This document shows positions 25,886 through 39,270 of a stretch of DNA of 64,000 nucleotides, one piece after another (within the stretch, counting starts at the first letter, position 1; every line of letters begins with the position of its first letter). Made by a program: the position numbers and the translations under genes. Location of the stretch: assembly GCF_006345805.1 (NCBI RefSeq), contig NC_043000.1, positions 164,486,001 through 164,550,000 on the forward strand, read 5' to 3'. Source of the stretch: Octopus sinensis. Its lineage: Eukaryota. The notes beneath the pieces are model-generated. The model did no database searches. It was not told where the DNA came from and saw only the letters and a list, made by a program, of their open reading frames with translations.

Positions 25886-26821
25886 ACACAGAAATATATA
25901 TATACATACAGATACAGTGATGCATTACAAATTATTAAATGAACATGATTTACACAGACCTACCTTCTCATCATCATCATCATTTAGCATACATTTGCCA
26001 AGCTGGCATAGGTTAGATGTTTCAAGTCTGATTTTGGCTTGGTTTCTACAGCTCCAAAAGTGTAGTCAGTGCCTTTTATGTGTCACTGGCATGTCATACA
26101 CATAAAAACAAATATGGCCACACATACAGAGAGAGAGGGGGGGGGAGAGCACGAGAGAAACATTATAACGTTTCATGTCAAATAAGTCAGCATTGAATCA
26201 GTGATGCTAAAATGTCTCTTTCCCATCTAAATTACACAGACATTTCATCACAATTGCAGTAAGCTAGTGACTTACAGAATAGGTAATATAGTCCTTTTAT
26301 GGTTGAATAATCACTGTCACTAACAACACAGCAGTGAAAGATACTTGCTCCAATATTTTACAATGAAATTAAATGTGCTCTTGGCACGTAAAAACCACCC
26401 AACACACTCTGTAAAGTTGTTGGCATTAGAAAGGGCATCCAGCCATAAAAAAAAATAGCCAAATCAGGCTGGAAACTGGTGCAGCTCTCCAGCTTTAGTC
26501 AAACTGTCCAATTTTAAATGTATATGTTCTGTACATACTTTTTTCTTTACTCTTTCGTTTAAATTTTACTTTCAAACCTACCACAACTCAATCTACAATG
26601 GACTGTCTCCCCCTGTGATAGCTCACTGCCAGAAGACACCACACACACACATACAGGCAATATATGAGCGCTAGATATGGTCAGTATAGAAAACGTGTAG
26701 TATAGCTCAAATGAATTTGAATTCCAGATTCTTCATCCAACATAGTCTGCATTAAACATAATGAATTCTTTGATGATTATTATGCCTTGGGGTTCACTGA
26801 CAACAACAAACACCAACTTAC

Positions 26822-26879
26822 CATTGTACAAATTTCCATTTTGTTCTGCTTTAATACCTTCCAAATAGAACCATTTAGC
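26822..26879 (-). CDS. FBXO9: FBXO9 coding exon (TPR-like region)
   Basis: TTTTACAG / GTAAGT; AKWFYLEGIKAEQNGNLYN resembles ARELFLKAVEEEQNGALYE; phase 0 to 1. Confidence 0.93.
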
Positions 26880-27169
26880 CTGTAAAATAAAAGACTTCTA
26901 GCTTAGGCATAAGAGTGATTGTTGAAGGAGGAGGAGGAGGAGGAGGAGGAGAAAGAGGAAGAACAGAATACATTCAGGTGAACTGGCCACAATATATTAC
27001 TGGTAGTTGTCACTGAGTCTACGAAGAAGCCTCTACAGTTACTTACTTGCAAGAACTGCCTTGCTTCCTTTGATTAACTTGCTTAACCATTCAGCCTTCA
27101 GACTACTCTATCAAATGTAATGCGTGTTTGTTCACACAGTTTGAAATTAATCAGGCTTTGTCAAAGAAC

Positions 27170-27575
27170 TCTTTTACTTGTTTCAGCCATTTGACTGCAG
27201 CCATGCTGGAGCACCACCTTCAGTCGAGCAAATCAACCTTAGAGCTTATTCTTTGTAATCCTAGTACTTATTCTATCAGTCTCTTTTGCCGAACCGCTAA
27301 GTTGCAGGGACGGAAACACACTAGCATCGGTTGTCAAGTGATGGCGGGGGGGGGGCAAACACAGACAAACAAACACACACACACATATATGTATATACAC
27401 ATACATATATACGACGAGCTTCTTTCAGTTTCCGTAAACCAAATCCACTCACAAGGCTATGGTCAGCCCGAGACTATAGTAGAAGACACTTGTCCAAGGT
27501 GACATGTAGTGGGACTGAACCCAGAACCATGTGGTTAGTAAGCAAGCTACTTACCACACAGCCACTCCTATGCCT
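27170..27575 (-). mobile_element. Full-length tRNA-headed SINE (family 1)
   Basis: Same head and tail as 20665-21040. Confidence 0.85.
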
Positions 27576-27577
27576 AT

Positions 27578-28761
27578 AACTTCAAGATTTCAATGATGTG
27601 ATTGTTTGTTTTTACAATGACATTGCAGGATAGGTGTGAGAGGCTGGATCTGGCTGGTTTGAACATAAATCCTTCATCCTCAGCCGAAAGGAGGTAGTCA
27701 CAGTTCTAGGACAGCACTCTACACCATATGAGATGTCATCGGGTGTACCACAGGGATCTGTCCTTGGTCCCCTCCTGTTTGTGGCATACATTAATGACAT
27801 AGATGCCAATTTAAAGAATGCCACAGTATTGAAATATGCAGACGACATCAAGCTGTACCTTGAAATCAAGAGGACTGATCCTGATGTCTACAACTCTTTC
27901 CTGCAATCAGACCTAGACACAATGCAGCAATGGATCACAGACTGGCAACTGAAACTGGCTGTGGACAAGTGTACCACCATGCATTTTGGGAGAAAAAACC
28001 CTGCGTCCACATACTCCCTCCACAACACTGATATCAAGAAATCCTCTTGCGAGCGTGACCTAGGCATCACTGTCAGCAGTGATTTGCGTTGGACAAAGCA
28101 TATCTCTAAAATTGTCAAGAAGGCCGAGGGTGTCTTGGCATCACTCAGCAAGACTTTTGTTAGCCGCTCTCCAGCCATCTATTTAAAACTGTATACAGCT
28201 ATGGTACGACCACACTTGGAATTCGCATCATCAGTTTGGAATCCCTATCTTGCTCAGAACATTGACCTCCTGGAATCTGTCCAGAGACGTGCAACCAAAC
28301 GCATACCCTCCATCAGACACCTACCATATTCTGAGCGCCTTGTTTCCCTGGGCATGGATTCACTGAAGCTCCGGCGTCTGGCGACGGACTTGGTAAACAC
28401 CCACAAGGTTATCAACCACCTCACCAACAACAACACTGAACACCTTTTTGATCTCCATGTGTCTAACACACGTGGACATGCCTAGTCAGAAAACAGCACA
28501 GCTCCCATGACTTTCGGAAACATTTTTTCACACTCAGGGTTGCTGAAGCGTGGAATAAATTGCCTGCATCAGTTGTTGACTGCCATGACACTGCATCCTT
28601 TAAGGCCCTCATGCTTCCCGAAATCCGTCGAAACTACACCTGATTATATATACACTTTAGATGAGTTGTAGTGCACCTGAGCACTGTACACAATTATTAT
28701 TATTATTATTAAAACAGGTAAAATATTTGGGTCAGATATGGCTGGTTTGAATGCTAAAGGG
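27578..28761. mobile_element. piggyBac-like MITE (same family as 22274-22486) split by a CR1 insertion
   Basis: Ends AATGCTAAAGGG|TTAA (28762-28765). The halves GGCTGGTTTGAACATA / AAACAGGTAAAATATTTGGG flank the CR1. Confidence 0.7.
27668..28710 (+). mobile_element. 5'-truncated young CR1-clade LINE (copy 1)
   Basis: ORF 27733-28485 SGVPQGSVLGPLLF...YADDIKLY...LYTAMVRPHLEFASSVWNPY; 4-bp deletion near 28483 relative to copy 2; 3' UTR and (ATT)n tail. Confidence 0.95.
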
Positions 28762-29276
28762 TTAATGATGCAAAACTGTTGTTGTTTAGCCTCAGGTCAG
28801 CTCAGATCAAGCAGATCTATGGACACTGACATTCCAGCTGTGATCAGTATATCTTTCTGTATATCAAAGACAACAAATTTTTTTTTTTTTGAGATTAGTG
28901 AAGTTCTCCTCGCTAATTTTCACATGCTGTTATCAATTCCACCTTGCAAGAGATCTATGTCACATCCTCCTAACTGAAGATTAGCAGTAGCCCAGGAGAG
29001 AAGACTGTGGTGATGGTGGCCTGTATGGGAAAAAAAATTATAAAAGGGACAAACGTAGAATGATCTAGATCAAAGATGCAGATACACTGCATAGTTATGA
29101 AGTTCATTTTGTAAGCATGTCATTTTTGGAGTTTGATCCCATGGCATGGCACCTTGGCTGTCATCTTCTGCTGTAGCCTTGAGTTAGCTGTTACTCAGTG
29201 AGTAGAATTTCTCAGCAGATAGAAACAGTGCAGAAATATCATGACATGCAAGTGCATCATGCAAACATATATCAAT

Positions 29277-32200
29277 ATGTGTGTGTGATTGGAAATGTAT
29301 TTGTGTGTGATTGGAAATGTATTTGTGTGTGATTGGAAATGTATTTGTGTGTGATTGGAAATGTATTTGTGTGTGATTGGAAATGTATTTGTGTGTGATT
29401 GGAAATGTATTTGTGTGTGATTGGAAATGTATTTGTGTGTGATTGGAAATGTATTTGTGTGTGATTGGAAATGTATTTGTGTGTGATTGGAAATGTATGT
29501 GTGTGTGATTGGAAATGTATTTGTGTGTGATTGGAAATGTATTTGTGTGTGATTGGAAATGTATTTGTGTGTGATTGGAAATGTATGTGTGTGTGATTGG
29601 AAATGTATGTGTGTGTGATTGGAAATGTATGTGTGTGTGATTGGAAATGTATGTGTGTGATTGGAAATGTATTTGTGTGTGATTGGAAATGTATTTGTGT
29701 GTGATTGGAAATGTATTTGTGTGTGATTGGAAATGTTGTGTGTGTGATTGGAAATGTATGGTGGTGTGATTGGAAATGTATTTGTGTGTGATTGGAAATG
29801 TATTTGTGTGTGATTGGAAATGTATTTGTGTGTGATTGGAAATGTATGTGTGTGTGATTGGAAATGTATTTGTGTGTGATTGGAAATGTATGTGTGTGTG
29901 ATTGGAAATGTATGTGTGTGTGATTGGAAATGTATTTGTGTGTGATTGGAAATGTATTTGTGTGTGATTGGAAATGTATTTGTGTGTGATTGGAAATGTA
30001 TGTGTGTGTGATTGGAAATGTATGTGTGTGTGATTGGAAATGTATTTGTGTGTGATTGGAAATGTATTTGTGTGTGATTGGAAATGTATTTGTGTGTGAT
30101 TGGAAATGTATGTGTGTGTGATTGGAAATGTATTTGTGTGTGATTGGAAATGTATGTGTGTGTGATTGGAAATGTATGTGTGTGTGATTGGAAATGTATT
30201 TGTGTGTGATTGGAAATGTATTTGTGTGTGATTGGAAATGTATTTGTGTGTGATTGGAAATGTATTTGTGTGTGATTGGAAATGTATTTGTGTGTGATTG
30301 GAATGTATTTGTGTGTGATTGGAAATTGTGTGTGTTTGTGTATGTTGTGTGTGATTGGAAATGTATTTGTGTGTGATTGGAAATGTATTTGTGTGTGATT
30401 GGAAATGTATTTGTGTGTGATTGGAAATGTATTTGTGTGTGATTGGAAATGTATTTGTGTGTGATTGGAAATGTATTTGTGTGTGATTGGAAATGTATAT
30501 TTGTGGTGATTGGAAATGTATTTGTGTGTGATTGGAAATGTATTTGTGTGTGATTGGAAATGTATTTGTGTGTGATTGGAAATGTATTGTGTGTGATTGG
30601 AAATGTATTTGTGTGTGATTGGAAATGTATTTGTGTGTGATTGGAAATGTATTTGTGTGTGATTGGAAATGTATTTGTGTGTGATTGGAAATGTATTTGT
30701 GTGTGATTGGAAATGTATGTGTGTGTGATTGGAAATGTATTTGTGTGTGATTGGAAATGTATGTGTTGTGATTGGAAATGTATTTGTGTGTGATTGGAAA
30801 TGTATTTGTGTGTGATGGGAATGTATTTGTGTGTGATTGGAAATGTATTTGTGTGTGATTGGAAATGTATTTGTGTGTGATTGGAAATGTATTTGTGTGT
30901 GATTGGAAATGTATTTGTGTGTGATTGGAAATGTATTTGTGTGTGATTGGAAATGTATTTGTGTGTGTGATTGGAAATGTATTTGTGTGTGATTGGAAAT
31001 GTATTTGTGTGTGATTGGAAATGTATTTGTGTGTGATGGAAATGTATTTGTGTGTGATTGGAAATGTATTGTTGTGTGATTGGAAATGTATGTGTGTGTG
31101 ATTGGAAATGTATTTGTGTGGATTGGAAATGTATTTGTGTGTGATTGGAAATGTATTTGTGTGTGTGATTGGAAATGTATTTGTGTGTGATTGGAAATGT
31201 ATTTGTGTGTGATTGGAAATGTATTTGTGGTGATTGGAAATGTATTTGTGTGTGATTGGAAATGTATTTGTGTGTGATTGGAAATGTTTTTGTGTGTGAT
31301 TGGAAATTGTGTTGTGTGTGATTGGAATGTATTTGTGTGTTGATTGGAAATGTATTTGTGTGTGATTGGAAATGTATTTGTGTGTGATTGGAAATGTATT
31401 TGTGTGTGATTGGAAATGTATTTGTGTGTGATTGGAAATGTATTTGTGTGTGATTGGAAATGTATTTGTGTGTGATTGGAAATGTATGTGTGTGTGATTG
31501 GAAATGTATGTGTGTGTGGATTGGAAATGTATTTGTGTGTGATTGGAAATGTATTTGTGTGTGATTGGAAATGTATTTGTGTGTGATTGGAAATGTATTT
31601 GTGTGTGATTGGAATGTATTGTGTGTGATTGGAAATGTATTTGTGTGTGATTGGAAATGTATTTGTGTGTGATTGGAAATGTATTTGTGTGTGATTGGAA
31701 ATGTATTTGTGTGTGATTGGAAATGTATTTGTGTGTGATTGAAATGTATTTGTGTGTGATTGGAATGTATTGGTGTGTGAGGAAATGTATTGTGTGTGAT
31801 TGGAATGTATTTGTGTGTGATTGGAAATGTAGTGTGTGATTGGAAATGTATGTGTGTGATTGGAAATGTATTGTGTGTGATTGGAAATGTATTTGTGTGT
31901 GATTGGAAATGTATTTGTGTGTGATTGGAAATGATTGTGTGATTGGAAATGTATTTGTGTGATGGAAATGTATTTGGTGTGATTGGAAATGTATTTGTGT
32001 GTGATTGGAAATGTATTTGTGTGGATTGGAAATGTATTTGTGGTGATTGGAAATGTATTTGTGTGTGATTGGAAATGTATGTGTGTGTGATTGGAAATGT
32101 ATGTTGTGTGTGATTGGAAATGTATTTGTGTGTGATTGGAAATGTATTTGTGTGTGATTGGAAATGTATTGTGTGTGTGATTGGAAATGTATTTGTGTGT

Positions 32201-33041
32201 GATTGGAAATGTATTTGTGTGTGATTGGAAATGTATTTGTGTGTGATTGGAAAGTTATTGTTGTGATTGGAAATGTATTTGTGTGGATTGGAAATATTTG
32301 TGTGTGATTGGAAATGTATTTGTGTGTGATTGGAAATGTATTTGTGTGATTGGAAATGTATTTGTGGGTGATGGAATGTATTTGTGTGTGATTGGAAATG
32401 TATTTGTGTGTGATTGGAAATGTATTTGTGTGTGATTGGAAATGTATTTGTGTGTGATTGGAAATGTATTTGTGTGTGATTGGAAATGTATTTGTTGTGT
32501 GATTGGAAATGTATTTGGTGTGATTGGAAATGTATTTGTGTGTGATTGGAAATGTATGTGTGTGTGATTGGAAATGTATGTGTGTGTGATTGGAAATGTA
32601 TTTGTGTGTGATTGGAAATGTATTTGTGGTGATTGGAAATGTATTTGTGTGGTGATTGGAAATGTATTGTGTGTGATTGGAAATGTATGTGTGTGTGATT
32701 GGAAATGTATGTGTGTGTGATTGGAAATGTATTTGTGTGTGATTGGAAATGTATTTGTGTGTGATTGGAAATGTATTTGTGTGTGATGGAAATGTATTGT
32801 GTGTGTGATTGGAAATGTATTGTGTGTGTGATTGGAAATGTATTTGTGTGGTGATTGGAAATGTATGTGTGTGTGATTGGAAATGTATTTGTGTGTGGAT
32901 TGGAAATGTATTTGTGGTGTGATTGGAAATGTATTTGTGTGTGATTGGAAATGTATTTGTGTGTGATGGAAATGTATTTGTGTGTGATTGGAAATGTATT
33001 TGTGTGTGATTGGAAATGTATTTGTGTGTGTGTGTGTGTGT
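29277..33041. repeat. 22-bp minisatellite, ~170 copies (GTGTGTGATTGGAAATGTATTT, variant ...GTATGT)
   Basis: Period 22 (same motif at 29281 and 29391, 5 units apart); scattered 1-2 bp indels; bounded by (GT)n. Confidence 0.97.
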
Positions 33042-34654
33042 ATAAAGAATAAGGAGAAAACAAAGAGGTAATTAATAAAATTATTTATTAATTATAAAGT
33101 ATGACAACATCTTTGACAGCTGTTTCAATTCAGAAATCTTTGGATAATTAATTCATAAAATTAAAATCATTATACGCTGAATCTCTTCAGAGGTAGTAAA
33201 GATATACCGATTAGAAATACATGTTGAGATAATGGCTATGAAACTGTTAAGTGATGGCATATATACAAAAAGAGCCAGTTATAGAAGGACTCAATCTAAC
33301 ATAGGGGGGAAAGGTAGTATATATATTTTATGTCTTAAAGAAAGAAAAGAAGAGATTAATATAATATGATAGGGTATTGAGAAGGGGAAAAAGGAAAAAA
33401 GGAAGTAGAAAAATGCAAGTATTTAAGTTCTTAATTCAGGATATATTACTAATTTATCAGATGTATGTTCTTAATTCCACATATATTATGCAAAATACTC
33501 TTTGGTTTTAACCTGGTTTAATTCCTTATTATTTATCTCTTATTCTAATATGTATTGGTAATAATGTTTTTATTCAATAAATTTCTGACTTTTCATGCAT
33601 TTATGCCTGTAATGGATTATTAGTACATCCTTTCAATAGCATATTAATTCTTTTTTAGGTTTAAGATTAACTCTTTTATTTTATTATATTTATTGTATTT
33701 TGTCTTATTTGATATAATTTACTTAACTTATTCTTTCATACTTTATAATCTTTGTATAAAATTACATTTTGCATCTCAGTTGATCTACCAAATTCAATGC
33801 ATGTTATGTTATTATATACTACAAATATTTATGAAAATTAAGAGCTTTTGGTAAATCTCACATTACCTCCCCTTAACTGTTTAACACAGTGATTATATGA
33901 CTCGATATTACTGCTCCGTTTCTTTCTGTGAAAGAGCATAGGCTTGAAATGTTAAGAACTTTTTCACTTCCCGAATGGTAAACTATTACATCTGTTTTGT
34001 TGTCTACACCACCTGTCATTGTCCTTTGCTTTTTTGTGAATTCTCCACCCCTCTCTCTCTATATATATATGTATATACACACACAAACATATACATATAT
34101 ATATATATATATATATGACCTGTTTCCTCTTTTCATTGTTTTTGCAAGCCTTATTATTATTGTATCCCCATATATTAGCGTTATCTTTGTCTTTCGTCTC
34201 AAATGCTAGCTGAAGCATAAAAACTTTCACTCACAAAAACTTATTCACACCACCGCAAAGCATTTCATCTCAATCCTGTCTTCTTTCTGCCGCCTAAAAC
34301 CTCATCTTCTCCCAATGCGCGGTGCGAACCACCACCAATACCGGTGAACACTGTTCTCACCATCTACACCGGATACTCCCTCCTCCTCCCCCACCACCCC
34401 TTCCTACCCCTTCTCCTCATATGCTTTCACTGTGAAAAGACAACCGCCCACTGATCTTACGCTTCCTCCTGTTTTGAATCTGACACTGCCTCAATCCGAC
34501 TATCTCCTTCCAGTCCCCTCCCCGCCTCGTAATTATCCTACGTTTTTATTTCTTACGAACCTGCACCAACCCTTTCTGCCATCGTTCCTCCTTACCCCCC
34601 CAACCTTCCCCACCCCACCCATTCCAAGTACCCCGGATCCCTGTTGCCCCCGTG

Positions 34655-34890
34655 CCGCGGGCACGTTAAAAAGCTCGAACCGATCGTGACCGTAAAAAGC
34701 AGGTGGCACGTAAAAAGCACCCACTCCACTCACGGAGTGGTTGGCGTTAGGAAGGGCATCCAGCCGTAGAAACTCTGCCAGATCAGACTGGAGCCTGGAG
34801 CGGCCCCTGGCTTCCCAGACCCCGGTCGAACCGTCCAACCCGTGCTAGCGCGGAAAACGGACGTTAAACGATGATGATGATGATGATGAT
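34655..34890 (+). mobile_element. Young (GAT)n-tailed RTE-3'-end/SINE copy
   Basis: GGCACGTAAAAAGCACCCACTCCACTCACGGAGTGGTTGGCGTTAGGAAGGGCATCCAGCC...GGACGTTAAACGATGATGATG; CpGs intact. Confidence 0.85.
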
Positions 34891-35483
34891 ATATAATGAC
34901 ATATTTTATTTCTGATGTATAATTAAGCTTATTTCTCCATTAGTATTATTATTTCATATTATTTAGTACTAAAATGTGTCAAGTTAATACCATATTGAGC
35001 TGATTCCTGATTCACTGTTTAAATACACAAATAAATTATCATTACTTCTGATAATATTTTCAGATATGTCCCCATTTAAATTTGTTCTGGTTTAGTTGTC
35101 TTCATATATATTTTCCCTGCATCCCAGCTATGCATGTGGGCATTTTACGTAATTCATTGTAATTTATTTTAGTTTATTTTCAATTTATTTATATATAAGT
35201 ATTTCCTCTTACATAATGTTTATTTTATTAATATTACCCTTACCCACTTCATCATATTTCATAGCATATTTACTTCTAGTTTATTTAATGGAACACAGTA
35301 TGTCTGAAATTAAAAATTTTTTTAATTTTTTCCTACCTAATAGTTGATTATTATTATTATTATTATGGATGTATTTTGTATTTTTGATATTTTCTCTTTC
35401 CATATTATTCTACACTTGCCATTTATTTATTTATATATTTAAATTAGATTTTCTTGCATTATTATTATAAGCATAAACAATAA

Positions 35484-35516
<33 letters not shown>

Positions 35517-35691
35517 GTTATTATTATTATTATTATATTTAGAAATTATTTATCCCTTTCTGATAACTTCAGTTAATACATATTTTGCCACAGTTTGCTT
35601 CTACTGACTTAAATTTTATAACTTTAAGTTTTTGTATTGCAGTATTACAGATAAGTATATTATATGGCATTATTATATATTTATATATACA

Positions 35692-36066
35692 TAGGCGCAG
35701 GAGTGGCTATGTGGTAAGTAGCTTGCTAACCAACCACATGGTTCCGGGTTCAGTCCCACTGCGTGGCATCTTGGGCAAGTGTCTTCTGCTATAGCCCCTT
35801 GTGAGTGGATTTGGTAGACAGAATCTGAAAGAAGCCTGTCGTATATATGTATATATGTGTATGTGTTTGTCTCCCTAGCATTGCTTGACAACCGATGCTG
35901 GTGTGTTTATGTCCCCGTTACTTAGTGGTTCGGCAAAAGAGACCGATAGAATAAGTACTGGGCTTACAAAAGAATAAGTCCTGGGGTCGATTTGCTTGAC
36001 TAAAGGCGAAGCTCCAGCATGGCCGCAGTCAAATGACTGAAACAAGTAAAAAGAGTAAAAAAGAGT
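35692..36066 (+). mobile_element. tRNA-headed SINE (family 1)
   Basis: AGGCGCAGGAGTGGCTATGTGGTAAG...GGTTCAGTCCCAC head; tail CCAGCATGGCCGCAGTCAAATGACTGAAACAAGTAAAAGAGT. Confidence 0.88.
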
Positions 36067-36745
36067 ATATGTTTTTCTACTTCCTTTTTTCCTTTTTCTC
36101 CTTCTCAATACCCTATGATATTATACTAATCTCTTCTTTTCTTTCTTTAAGACATAAAATATATATACTACCTTCTCCCACTATGTTAGATTGAGTCCTT
36201 CTATAACCGGTTCTTTTTGTATATATGCCATCACTTAACAGTTTTTAATCGTTATCTCAACATGTAGTTCTAATCGGTATTTCTTTACTACCTCTGAAGA
36301 GATTCATCTTATAATGATTTTAATTTTATGAATTAATTATCTAAAGATTTCTGAATCAAAACAGCTGTCAGAGATGTCATCTTTTATAATTAATAAATAA
36401 TTTTATTAATTACCCCTCCATTTTCTCCATATTCCTTAAATATATAAATATCTGAAACACAATTTATATGGTTACCTTATACTTTAACTTCCTACAGGTT
36501 GATAACCAACCAGTATTTTCATTGGATCCCTTAATGAAGTTTATTACTGTCACTTGATTATATATATATATACAAACAATCAAAATTTTTTTTTCTTTTG
36601 AATGATTATAAACCATGATTTATATATAGACCTATTATTTAATGAATATTATTATTATTCACAACAAATATTAGATAATGAACCAGTAATTTATTGGATA
36701 TTACTATCCCTTAATGAGGCTAATTTATTCTCTATTTGAATATAT

Positions 36746-36770
<25 letters not shown>

Positions 36771-36783
<13 letters not shown>

Positions 36784-37190
36784 GAAGAAATGAGGTACTC
36801 AGAAAATCGGTTTATATTTACAGATATTTATTTGTATATTACATTATTATATTTGTATATTAATGTAATATACAAATAAATACCTGTAAATATAAACCAT
36901 CCGATCTTCTGAGTACCTCATTTCTTCTAATATATATACCTGTACATCATCTCCAAACCTTCCAATATATATATATATAATATATATATATTAGAAGAAA
37001 TGAGGTACTCAGAAAATCGGTTTATATTTACAGATATTTATTTGTATATTACATTATTATATTTGTATATTAATGTAATATACAAATAAATACCTGTAAA
37101 TATAAACCATCCGATCTTCTGAGTACCTCATTTCTTCTAATATATAATACCTGTACATCATCTCCAAACCTTCCAATATATATATATATA
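36771..37190. repeat. Tandem duplication of a 210-bp unit containing a 150-bp near-perfect palindrome (36781-36930, 36991-37140)
   Basis: TTAGAAGAAATGAGGTACTCAGAA...TTCTGAGTACCTCATTTCTTCTAA occurs twice, each in (TA)n context. Confidence 0.92.
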
Positions 37191-38204
37191 AATATATGCA
37201 TATATATACATATATATATGTACATTCCTACATCTATATGTATATATACATGCATATATGGGTACAGGACATCAAAAAACCGTTGAACACAATGAGAAAC
37301 GAAAACATAAAAACAAAAACATGGAAACGAACTTGTTTTCAAACAACGAAAAAAACAGAGTACAAGACATACAACACAAGGAATATTCCCCTTCTTCAGT
37401 TGTCCCTGCTTCGTCTAACAAAGTTATTTTATTCCACACAGGTAGAAATATACGAAAAATAGAAGTTGAAAATGCACTGAGAAGAGTTAAAATATTTTTA
37501 TTGATATATTTAAAGTTTCCACTGATTTTCAAAAAGTTCAAATAGAAAGACGTGTCTTATGTTGCGGCTGTCTTGATTCTGACTAGTGTTTGAAGCTTGC
37601 CTTATTTTTATAGGGAGTTCATGGCTAAAATTAGTATACATTTTGAATAGGATTTGATTGCTAGAGGATAGTCACATGACTGGTCATAGAAATTTTTGTA
37701 CATATATATATATGTGTGTGTAGATATTTATATACATAAGTATATAGATATACATACATATGTTTATATACATACATATACACACACACATTTTTGCATG
37801 GAAGCTGAGATCTTACAGTCAAAGAAATGCTTATGATAACATCAACATTTTATACATCATTGACTTTTTATGTTATGCTGAGCATATACCTTGCATGTGA
37901 GCCATGTTACTATATAAATTGCTCCACAAATCTTATAAAGGACAATATTTAATCCTTTGCCTCCTGAACTGTCTTCTTAAGTTTGTCCTACATGTCCATG
38001 TTGTTTTCAAACTTTTAGCTAGCCCTTGTTTCATACATTCTGAGTAATATGAAGTCTTCTTTCCATATATCCCAAGACACTCTGGTGGTTGCAAAAAATT
38101 GGCAATTGTATTGATGCAGGAGAAATATGTCCTGTGTATCATATGTGATATACAGGACAGGCAAAGGGTTAAGCACATTGATTTTCTGTTAAAAAAATAT
38201 AATA

Positions 38205-38685
38205 TCATCATCATCATCATCATCATTTAGCGTCCGTTTTCTATGCTAGCATGGGTTGGACGGTTCAACTGGGGTCTGTGAAGCTTGAAGGCTTCATCAG
38301 GCCCAGTCAGATCTGGCAGTGTTTCTACGGCTGGATGCCCTTCCTAACGCCAACCACTCCGAGAGTGTAGTGGGTGATTTTATGTGCCACCGACACAGGT
38401 GCCAGACGAGGCTGGCGAACGGCCACGCTCGGATGGTGTTTTTTATGTGCCACCGATACAGGTGCCAGACGAGGCTGGCAGACGGCCACGCTCGGATGGT
38501 GTTTTTATGTGCCACCGACACAGGTGCCAGATGAGGCTGGCAAACGGCCACGATCGGATGGTGTTTGTTACGTGCCCACAGCACGGAGGCCAGTCGATGC
38601 GGTACTGGCTACGGCCACGTTCGGATGGTTTTCTTGTGTGCCACCGGCACTGGTACCACAAAGATACAAATTCCATTGATGTTTA
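38205..38685 (-). mobile_element. (GAT)n-tailed element with 3 x ~62-bp tandem units
   Basis: Near-identical to 11185-11640; units start at 38382, 38445 and 38507. Confidence 0.82.
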
Positions 38686-39270
38686 TATATTTCTAATACA
38701 ATCTAAATTATACTCCCAAATGCAAGGTGAGATCTGAACAATTTCAATTTTACCTTATGTATTCTTTTGCAAGACAGTAAATTTCAAAATGACACCATTG
38801 TAAGTTAGTTATTTAGACTAGTTTAACTGAACAAAATAAAAGTGTCAGGCTACTAAATTCTTTTCATTTCACTGACGATTGCATGCTTTCATGAAATCTG
38901 AGATCACACAGGCAAAAAGGAGAAGTTTATGTTTCATATCAGCATTTCATATATCTGTTTTTACTTCTGTACTGAACATACAAATTGCATATGTATCAGA
39001 CCACAATTTTATATGTTCTATAACAGAGAGAAGTATTGAGCACTCAGCAGCTCTGCTACAAAATACAATGCAAAATGATGATAAAATCAACATTTTTGAA
39101 CAAAAATAACTTGTGTTTATTCTACTCAAGCTACATTGACACTCTCATGTTGCTCAGCATATATATGCAATGAACCAGGGACTGTCCCATTGAAAACTTG
39201 TAACCGATCATATTACATCCTTGGCAAAACATGTAAAGTAAACAAAAACAAGTTCTGCCATGTTACTTAC

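Larger units (their letters stand above)
33043..36440. repeat. ~370-bp inverted repeat pair (33043-33413 and 36070-36440) bounding an AT-rich segment; possible long-TIR transposon relic
   Basis: Left arm GAGGTAATTAATAAAATTATTTATTAATT...GGAAGTAGAAAAA is the reverse complement of the right arm at roughly 90% identity (by eye). Confidence 0.85.

Noticed and set aside
29272-33063. 1263-aa His/Thr/Ile-rich ORF
   Set aside because: Artefact of the 22-bp minisatellite, whose minus strand lacks stop codons in all frames. The unit is not a multiple of 3 and the array has many indels.
33905-33990. GAGCATAGGCTTGAAATGTT, a possible CpG-decayed hammerhead of a Penelope-like repeat
   Set aside because: The CTGANGA core is absent (GTGAAAGA); too degenerate to call.
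33400-35690. AT-rich interior as a mitochondrial insertion (NUMT)
   Set aside because: No recognisable mitochondrial gene, tRNA or rRNA motif seen by eye.
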